This document shows, one piece after another, positions 1-5,990 of a DNA stretch of 6,692 nt; the first letter of the stretch is position 1; every line of letters starts with the position of its first letter. This stretch comes from Rotaria sp. (taxonomy: Eukaryota): contig CAJNOF010000081.1 of assembly GCA_905250055.1 (NCBI GenBank), positions 61,301 through 67,992 of the forward strand. Direction: 5' to 3'. A model generated the notes under the pieces. That model was given only the letters and a program-made list of their open reading frames with translations, did no database searches and was not told the origin of the DNA. The translations under genes and the position numbers were made by a program.

Positions 1-250
1 ATGAACGATTAAGATCGCTCACTATTATTCAATCTATAGCCGTCGGGTGCTTTCGAATGATACCACGTATCGAAAGCGAACAAATACAAAATCTGTAAGT
101 AACCATAGAACATGAATGATCATTTATACAAATAAAAGAATTGTCGTAGTATACCATCAGTTGTTCCTTATGAGTCAAAGTATCAAATTCAATTTCCAAT
201 CTATTCTCAAGAACTAAGTAAGAAGAAACATTGATACTAGGGGAGGGAAG

Positions 251-476
251 TTACCGTTACGTTACCAAGTAACTAGTAACGCAGGAGTTACTAGTTACCG
301 GGTAACTAGTAACTTTTGCGTTACCAGTTACTTGGTAACTAGTAACTTTTGCGTTACCAGTTACTTGGTAACTAGTAACTTTTGCGTTACTAGTTACTTG
401 GTAACTAGTAACTTTTGCGTTACTAGTTACCGGGTAACGGTAACTCTGCGTTACTCGGTAACGGTAACTGGTAACT
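251..476. repeat. 33-bp tandem minisatellite, unit approx TTACCAGTTACTTGGTAACTAGTAACTTTTGCG, internally dyad-symmetric
   Basis: Consecutive units at 288-320, 321-353, 354-386 and 387-419 (33 bp each), 420-450 (31 bp), with degenerate flanking copies. GTTAC/GTAAC motifs occur in both orientations inside each unit. Confidence 0.93.
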
Positions 477-551
477 TCAAATCTCTTCCATCCTCACGCA
501 AAGGTTGTGTTTCCCAAATTTTGAGGTCCTATAAATTGGAATATATCGGGA

Positions 552-2083
552 GCCTGAGGTCCTTAAGTCCTATATTATGGGGGTACCCTTAGGTCCTCAA
601 GTCCTATATTATAGGGGTACCCCTGGGTCCTCAAGTCCTATATTACGGGGGTACTCCTGGGTCCTCAAGTCCTATATTATGGGGGTACCCTTAGGTCCTC
701 AAGTCCTATATTATAGGGGTACCCATAGGTCCTCAAGTCCTATATTATGGGGGTATCCCTGGGTCCTCAAGTCCTATATTATGGGGGTACCCTTAGGTCC
801 TCAAGTCCTATATTATAGGGGTACCCTTAGGTCCTCAAGTCCTATATTATGGGAGTACCCTTAGGTCCACAAGTCCTATATTATGGGGGTACCCTTGGGT
901 CCTTAAGTCCTATATTATGAGGGTACCCTTGGGTCTTCAAGTCCTATATTATGGGGGTACCTTTAGCTCGACAAGGACTATATTATGGGGGTACCCTTAG
1001 GTCCTCAAGTCCTATATTATGGGGGTACCTTTAGGCCCTCAAGTCATATATTATGGGGGTACTCTTAGGTCCTCAAGTCCTATATTACGGGGGTACTCCT
1101 GGGTCCTCAAGTCCTATATTATAGGGGTACCTTTAGGTCCTCAAGTCATATATTATGGGGGTACCCTTAGGTCCTCAAGTCCTATATTATAGGGGTACCC
1201 TTAGGTCCTCAAGTCCTATATTATGGAAGTACCCTTAGGTCCACAAGTCCTATATTATGGGGGTACCCTTGGGTCCTTAAGTCCTATATTATGAGGGTAC
1301 CCTTGGGTCTTCAAGTCCTATATTATGGGGGTACCTTTAGCTCCACAAGGACTATATTATGGGGGTACCCTTAGGTCCTCAAGTCCTATATTATGGGGTT
1401 ACCTTTAGGCCCTCAAGTCATAGATTATGGGGGTACTCTTAGGTCCTCAAGTCCTATATTACGGGGGTACTCCTGGGTCCTCAAGTCCTATATTATAGGG
1501 GTACCCTTAGGTCCACAAGTCCTATATTATGGGGGTACCTTTAGCTCGACAAGGACTATATTATGGGGGTACCCTTAGGTCCTCAAGTCCTATATTATGG
1601 GGTTACCTTTAGGCCCTCAAGTCATAGATTATGGGGGTACTCTTAGGTCCTCAAGTCCTATGTTACGGGGGTACTCCTGGGTCCTCAAGTCCTATATTAT
1701 AGGGGTACCCTTAGGTCCTCAAGTCCTATATTATAGGGGTACCTTTAGGTCCTCAAGTCCTATATTATGGGGGTACCTTTAGGTTCTCAAGTCCTATATT
1801 ATGGGAGTACCCTTAGGTCCTCAAGTCATATATTATGGGGGTACCCTTAGGTCCTGAAGTCCTATATTATAGGGGTACCTTTAGGTACTCAAGTCATATA
1901 TTATGGGGGTACCCTTAGGTCCTCAAGTCCTATATTACGGGGGTACTCCTGGGTCCTCAAGTCCTATATTATGGGGTACCCTTAGGTCCTCAAGTCTTAT
2001 ATTATAGGGGTACCCTTAGGTCCACAAGTCCTATATTATGGGGGTACATTTAGCTCGTCAAGGACTATATTATGGGGGTACCT
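552..2083 (+). repeat. 34-bp tandem array (satellite/minisatellite), forward orientation, ~45 copies
   Basis: Head-to-tail recurrence of GGTACCCTTAGGTCCTCAAGTCCTATATTATGGG with point variants. Many units contain GGGTACCC. A degenerate unit may begin at ~522. Confidence 0.96.
864..1600 (+). repeat. Higher-order repeat within the 34-bp array: 374-bp period (11 monomers), then 204-bp period (6 monomers)
   Basis: Diagnostic variants recur: GGTCCAC at 864 and 1238 (374 bp apart), AGCTCG/AGCTCC at 965 and 1339 (374 bp), AGCTCG again at 1543 (204 bp later), GGCCCTC at 1034 and 1408 (374 bp). Confidence 0.85.
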
Positions 2084-2127
2084 ATTCTATACTGGTATCC
2101 ATAAGTCTTCACGGCCTGCCGAATAGG
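2081..2127. repeat. Inversion junction between forward and reverse 34-bp arrays
   Basis: CCTATTC (2081-2087) and GAATAGG (2121-2127) form inverted ends. Outside them, TATATTATGGGGGTACCTATTC on the left aligns with the reverse complement of GAATAGGACACCCTCATATAATAGG on the right. Confidence 0.75.
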
Positions 2128-2130
2128 ACA

Positions 2131-2253
2131 CCCTCATATAATAGGATATGAGGACCCGAGTGTATTCCTATAATATAGAAGATGAGAACCCAAAAGTACC
2201 TCCGTAATATAGGCCTTAAGGACCTAAGAATACCCACATAATACAGGACATGA
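2131..2253 (-). repeat. 34-bp array in reverse-complement orientation, block 1
   Basis: CCCTCATATAATAGGATATGAGGACCCGAG..., ...GTAATATAGGCCTTAAGGACCTAAGAATACCCACATAATACAGGACATGA matches the reverse complement of the monomer and is interrupted by the insertion at 2254. Confidence 0.85.
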
Positions 2254-2294
2254 CAAGGGGGAAAGTGCAGGTACCAAGTGCCAAATTGTACTTG

Positions 2295-2389
2295 ATGGTG
2301 CTGAGGTGCTGAAAAGGTGCTGAGGTGCTGAGAAGGTGCTGAGGTTCTGAAAAGGTGCTGAGGTGCTGAGAAGGTGCTGAGGTGCTTAT
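2295..2389 (+). repeat. 19-bp minisatellite AAGGTGCTGAGGTGCTGAG, subterminal in the left end of the element
   Basis: AAGGTGCTGAGG units start at 2314, 2333, 2352 and 2371, exactly 19 bp apart. Confidence 0.92.
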
Positions 2390-3289
2390 AGAGTTTAGAT
2401 GATATTATATGTTTTAACGGCTGTTATTGACATAACCTAATAGCGTTCTCTATTAGATTTATTTCGATATCATAATCCTATTGAATGTTCTCTGTGTCCA
2501 ATGAGAAAGGAGGTGTGTGAAATTCCTATCTCGGCATACCAAAAATTTGACCCTAATTTTATCAGCGCTAGAATCAGCATTGAACCCTGATTCTTTTTCA
2601 CGAGTTTATTTTACACTTTCTCATCATTCGATTTTTCGACCCATGGAGTCCCCCAGGGATCGAAAAAATTTTTTTATCAAGAATCCTTTAGAAGTCCTTA
2701 CAGTTTTATAGAACTAAGTGTGCTGATTCCAAATATGATATTTATTTTAAAGATTAATAGGGAAATAAGAAAGATCTGAAGTACTTAATGAGAGGTCTAA
2801 AAACCTGTTTTTGACCTAAAGGTCCATAGAAATCTCATTTAAATTCATTGAAAATAGGCTCATTCGACTCAGAATGTTTTTCTCTACCAGAATCTATAAG
2901 AACCTTTTAGGTATTGAAAACTTTTTCTATCGAACACTGGGGAACACCGCCCCCGATTGGACTCTATTGCTATCAAGAATGACTTTTCTCGCTCCTGACA
3001 AGTTATCGTTTATAAGAGTGTACCAGCGAGATTTTTTTTATGGAATATGTAATTTTATATGCTCTTCCAAATGAAACTATTTTCAACTTGAAATTCGATG
3101 TCTAGTGGACCATTTTCTATCTAACACCTATCTCGAGACCCTTTTTTTCCTATTTTTGCCCAGTATTTCCCAGTGTTCGTCAAGGATAATGTTGATTTGA
3201 CTTCAAACAAATATCACATTCGGAATTAGCACACAAAACTGCATTGACCTACATATGTTTCATATCGTTTCTGAGACTTTCATTTTTCC

Positions 3290-3306
3290 CAAAGGGGAAA
3301 GTGCAG
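3290..3306 (+). repeat. Internal second copy of the element terminus
   Basis: CAAAGGGGAAAGTGCAG matches the terminal CAAGGGGGAAAGTGCAG at 16/17. As at the left end, it is followed by a CACCAAATTTG-like stretch and then the GGTGCTGA minisatellite. Confidence 0.85.
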
Positions 3307-3340
3307 GTCCCTGGCACCAAATTTGCTCTGGAATACTGAG

Positions 3341-3406
3341 CAGGTGCTGAGGTGCTGATAAGGTACTGAGGTGCCGAGAAGGTGCTGGACAGCTGCTGAG
3401 GTGCTC
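3341..3406 (+). repeat. GGTGCTGA-type minisatellite, second copy (degenerate)
   Basis: CAGGTGCTGAGGTGCTGATAAGGTACTGAGGTGCCGAGAAGGTGCTGG...GCTGCTGAGGTGCT. Confidence 0.88.
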
Positions 3407-3458
3407 ATACATATTTGGCATTAGACTGGAAATCAAGGTAATAGCTATGAAGAAGACT
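3394..3458 (+). repeat. Long inverted repeat, left arm (outer portion), partner 5844-5908
   Basis: TGCTGAGGTGCTCATACATATTTGGCATTAGACTGGAAATCAAGGTAATAGCTATGAAGAAGACT matches the reverse complement of 5844-5908 at 63/65. Confidence 0.93.
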
Positions 3459-3461
3459 CAG

Positions 3462-3793
3462 ACTATTCCGAATCGACTTTTTCGATCAAAACATGAGTTT
3501 TTCGAGAAAATAACGATTTTTGATAAAACTTCACTAAAGGCTTTCGGAGTCAAGGAACCCGAATCTATAGTTGGTTTCTCGAAATTCTCGAGTTCATTTT
3601 TTTTCAATCAGTAGAGTTCTATTTCAAGACAGGCGTTCTCTCATCGAAAAAAAAATCGAACTCGAGAATTTTGAGAAACCAACTATAGATTCGAATTCCT
3701 CGATCCCGAAAACCTTTAGTCAAGCTTTTTATAAAAAATCGTTATTTTCTCGAACAACCCTTGTTTTGACCGAAAAAGTCGATTCGAAATAGT
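3462..3793. mobile_element. 332-bp foldback MITE-like element, almost entirely inverted repeat
   Basis: Ends ACTATTCCGAATCGACTTTTTCG and, from the right end in reverse complement, ACTATTTCGAATCGACTTTTTCG (22/23). Arms of ~140 bp remain similar to about 3604/3646. Direct CTCAG repeats flank it at 3457-3461 and 3794-3798. It interrupts the left long arm relative to the right arm. Confidence 0.82.
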
Positions 3794-3803
3794 CTCAGTT
3801 AGA

Positions 3804-4046
3804 CAGCAGTGTCACATATCCAAGATTTTGGAGATGCCACCACGTCTCTCGCGGGAGATGCCGCATCTCGCGCGAGAGATGCGGGTGTGGGTGTGGGGGA
3901 TGCGCATCTCTAAAGGAGATCTGACATCTCCAGTGGTGAATGACCACATCTCTCGAGTGTGGGTGTCGCGTATCCCGCTGGAGACGCGGCATCTCCCACG
4001 GGAGATGTGGTGGCATCTCCAAAATCTTGGTTATGTGACACTACTC
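3804..4046. mobile_element. 243-bp non-autonomous hAT-like MITE
   Basis: TIRs CAGCAGTGTCACATATCCAAGATTTTGGAGATGCCACCAC... and (reverse complement of right end) GAGTAGTGTCACATAACCAAGATTTTGGAGATGCCACCAC..., with similarity over ~60 bp. 8-bp flanks CAGTTAGA (3796-3803) and CAGTTAGG (4047-4054) match 7/8. Confidence 0.85.
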
Positions 4047-4072
4047 CAGTTAGGGGTGAGAAGTTATTGTTA

Positions 4073-4113
4073 TTGGTTGTTATTAATAACAGATCAATAA
4101 CAAATCCTAATCT
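4073..4113 (+). repeat. Long inverted repeat, left arm (inner portion), partner ~5787-5827
   Basis: GTTATTGTTATTGGTTGTTATTAATAACAGATCAATAACAAATCCTAATCTATGAAGG aligns with the reverse complement of the right arm, TTTATTGTTATTGTTATTTATAACAGATTAATAACAAATCCTATTAAATGAAGG. Confidence 0.88.
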
Positions 4114-4428
4114 ATGAAGGTACCCTTAGGTGCTCATCTCCTATTATATGGAGGTACCCTCAGGTCCTCATGCCTACTACCTGAAGGTATCCTTGGGTCC
4201 TACTATCTGAAGGCACCCTTGGATCCCCATATCCTATTATATGCAAGTACCCTTAGGCGCTCATGTCCTATTATCTCAGGGTATCTTTGGATCCTCATCT
4301 CCTATTACGTGAAGGTATCCTTAGGTCCTCAAGTTCTATTATATACGCGTATCCTTAGGTTCTCAAATCCTACTATATGAAGGTACCCTTGGGTTCTCAT
4401 CTCCTATTATATGAAGGTACACTTAGGT
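4114..4428 (+). repeat. Element-internal 34-bp array, forward (variant ATGAAGGTACCCTTAGGTCCTCATCTCCTATTAT), ~9 copies
   Basis: Tandem ATGAAGGTACCCTTAGGTGCTCATCTCCTATTAT-like units. Related to the outer monomer but with CATCTCCTATTATATGAA in place of CAAGTCCTATATTATGGG. Confidence 0.9.
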
Positions 4429-4846
4429 CAGTAGAGGGATGTAACAATCCTAATACTTCCAATACCAATACCATTTGGCATTAGTGGTATTGATAGTGTG
4501 CAAAGGAATATCAAAGTTGAAAATTTCGAAAAAATAATGGTAGATTCGAATTCCTCGATCCCGACAGCCGTTGTTCAAAATTTATATAACACCACTATTT
4601 TTGGGTAGAAAAGCCCTTCCTTGACGAAAAAAATCAAAAACATTAAATATGGAAAGATTAATTTTATGTTTTTGATTTTTCGTCAGTGAAAGGTTTTTTT
4701 TCATAAAGTTAGATCAAAGTTTGACGGCGTTGCAGAATTCGAATCTATGATGAGTTTTTCAAAGTATTCAAGTGTGTCTTTTCATTGCACACTACCAATG
4801 CCACCCATACCATTGCAAGTATTAGCATTGTTGCACCCATGTGCTG
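4429..4846. mobile_element. ~418-bp imperfect foldback palindrome (MITE-like; boundaries and TSD not resolved)
   Basis: Left CAGTAGAGGGATGTAACAATCCTAATACTTCCAAT versus reverse complement of right CAGCACATGGGTGCAACAATGCTAATACTTGCAAT. Central hairpin TGACGAAAAAAATCAAAAACAT (4622-4643) / ATGTTTTTGATTTTTCGTCA (4666-4685). Confidence 0.7.
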
Positions 4847-4876
4847 ACCTATTGGTAGCCTTATACCATAGTACTT

Positions 4877-4895
4877 GAGAGCCTCAGAGGCTCTC
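4877..4895. repeat. Perfect short hairpin GAGAGCCTC-A-GAGGCTCTC
   Basis: 9-bp perfect inverted arms with a 1-nt centre, read directly. Confidence 0.9.
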
Positions 4896-4912
4896 CATGT
4901 AATAGCTCTGGA

Positions 4913-5140
4913 CAGGGGTGTCGCGAGGTTCCCAAGATTGGGGTGAGGGGTCGATGACTCGGAAGGTCGACCGAAAAATTTTTGCTAAAACTCACTGGAT
5001 TGGGGGGGACGAGCGGCTTTTTGAGAATCGGTGAGCAAAAAAACGAATAAAATTCTGCAACTTTGCTGGGAAAAAACGAAAATTTCTCAAGATTGGGCAA
5101 GGGGAGGAATCCCCCCGCTCCTCCCCTCGCGACAGTCCTG
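4913..5140. mobile_element. 228-bp non-autonomous hAT-like MITE
   Basis: TIRs CAGGGGTGTCGCGAGG and (reverse complement of right end) CAGGACTGTCGCGAGG match 14/16. 8-bp flanks GCTCTGGA (4905-4912) and GCTCTGGG (5141-5148) match 7/8. Confidence 0.82.
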
Positions 5141-5159
5141 GCTCTGGGGGACCAGTGGT

Positions 5160-5790
5160 AATTGTCTATAATAGGATATGACGATCTAAAGGTACCACCA
5201 TATAATAGGAGATGAGGACCCGCGGGTACCTTCGTATAGTAGGAGATGAGGACCCAAGAGCACCCACATATAATAGGAGATGAGGACCTAAGGGTACTTC
5301 CATATAGTAGGAGATGAGGGCCTAAGGGTACCTTCATACAGTAGGAGATGAGGGCTTAAGGGTACCTTCATATAGTAGGAGATGAGGACCTAAGGGTACT
5401 TCCATATAGTAGGAGATGAGGACCCGCGAGTACCTTCGTATAGTAGGATATGAGGACCTAAGGGTACTTCCATATAGTAGGAGATGAGGACCCAAGAGCA
5501 CCCACATATAATAGGAGATGAGGACATAAGGGTACTTCCATATAGTATGAGATGAGGGCCTAAGGGTACCTTCATATAGTAGGAGATGAGGACCCGCGAG
5601 TACCTTCGTATAGTAGGAGATGAGGACCTAAGGGTACCCCTATATAATAGGAGATGAGGACCCAGGTGTACCTTCATATAGTAGGAGATGAGGACCCAAG
5701 GGTACCCACATATAACAGGAGATGAGGACCTAACGGTGCTTCCATATAATAGGAGATGAGGGCCTAAGGATACCTTCATTTAATAGGATT
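5160..5790 (-). repeat. Element-internal 34-bp array, reverse orientation (TATAGTAGGAGATGAGGACCTAAGGGTACTTCCA), ~18 copies
   Basis: Tandem units are the reverse complement of the 4114-4428 variant. Diagnostic GACCCGCG appears at 5217, 5421 and 5591, separated by 204 and 170 bp (6 and 5 monomers). Confidence 0.93.
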
Positions 5791-5843
5791 TGTTATTAAT
5801 CTGTTATAAATAACAATAACAATAAATTCACATCCATAGTCGC

Positions 5844-5908
5844 AGTCTCCTTCATAGCTATTACCTTAATTTCCAGTCTAATGCCAAATATGTATGAGCA
5901 CCTCAGCA
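5844..5908 (-). repeat. Long inverted repeat, right arm, partner of 3394-3458
   Basis: Reverse complement matches 3394-3458 at 63/65. The array-proximal continuation to ~5787 pairs with 4073-4113. Confidence 0.93.
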
Positions 5909-5913
5909 TCCAC

Positions 5914-5990
5914 AGGTGCTGAGGTGCTGAGAAGGTGCCGAGGTGCTGAGCAGGTGCTGAGGTGCTGAGGCGCTGAGCAGGTGCTGAGGT
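5914..5990 (+). repeat. GGTGCTGA-type minisatellite, third copy, in the same orientation as the left-end copies
   Basis: AGGTGCTGAGGTGCTGAGAAGGTGCCGAGGTGCTGAGCAGGTGCTGAGGTGCTGAGGCGCTGAGCAGGTGCTGAGG. Confidence 0.9.

Noticed and set aside
49-77. Inverted repeat GCTTTCGA...TCGAAAGC
   Set aside because: Real 8-bp arms, but too short and isolated to interpret. No terminator or element context.
332-592. 86-aa ORF (MVTSNFCVTSYL repeats)
   Set aside because: Translation of the 33-bp tandem repeat. 33 is divisible by 3, so it trivially gives an 11-aa periodic peptide. No independent coding evidence.
577-1782. Forward ORFs of 61-95 aa (MGVPLGPQVLYYRGT...)
   Set aside because: These are three-frame reads through the 34-bp satellite (102-bp / 34-aa periodicity). 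They stay open only where CCTTAGG is replaced by variants such as CCTGGG, and they contain no recognisable domain.
288-2083. CRISPR-like array (33-34-bp repeats)
   Set aside because: Repeats are directly adjacent with no unique spacers, no cas-like genes are present, and the context is eukaryotic-type repetitive DNA.
2517-3074. Small ORFs 2517-2711 and 2874-3074
   Set aside because: Short (64-66 aa), AT-rich, no recognisable domain, and inside the element's repeat-derived interior.
3795-4100. ORFs on both strands (75 aa and 90 aa) with MPPHLPREM-like repeats
   Set aside because: Both overlap the palindromic hAT-like MITE. Its GAGATG/CATCTC repeats generate open frames on both strands.
4114-5779. 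ORFs 4114-4380 (+), 4861-5337 (-), 5390-5779 (-)
   Set aside because: Same satellite-derived peptide (MKVPLGPHLLLYGGTLRSS). The 4861-5337 ORF also runs through a MITE and is not a conserved protein.
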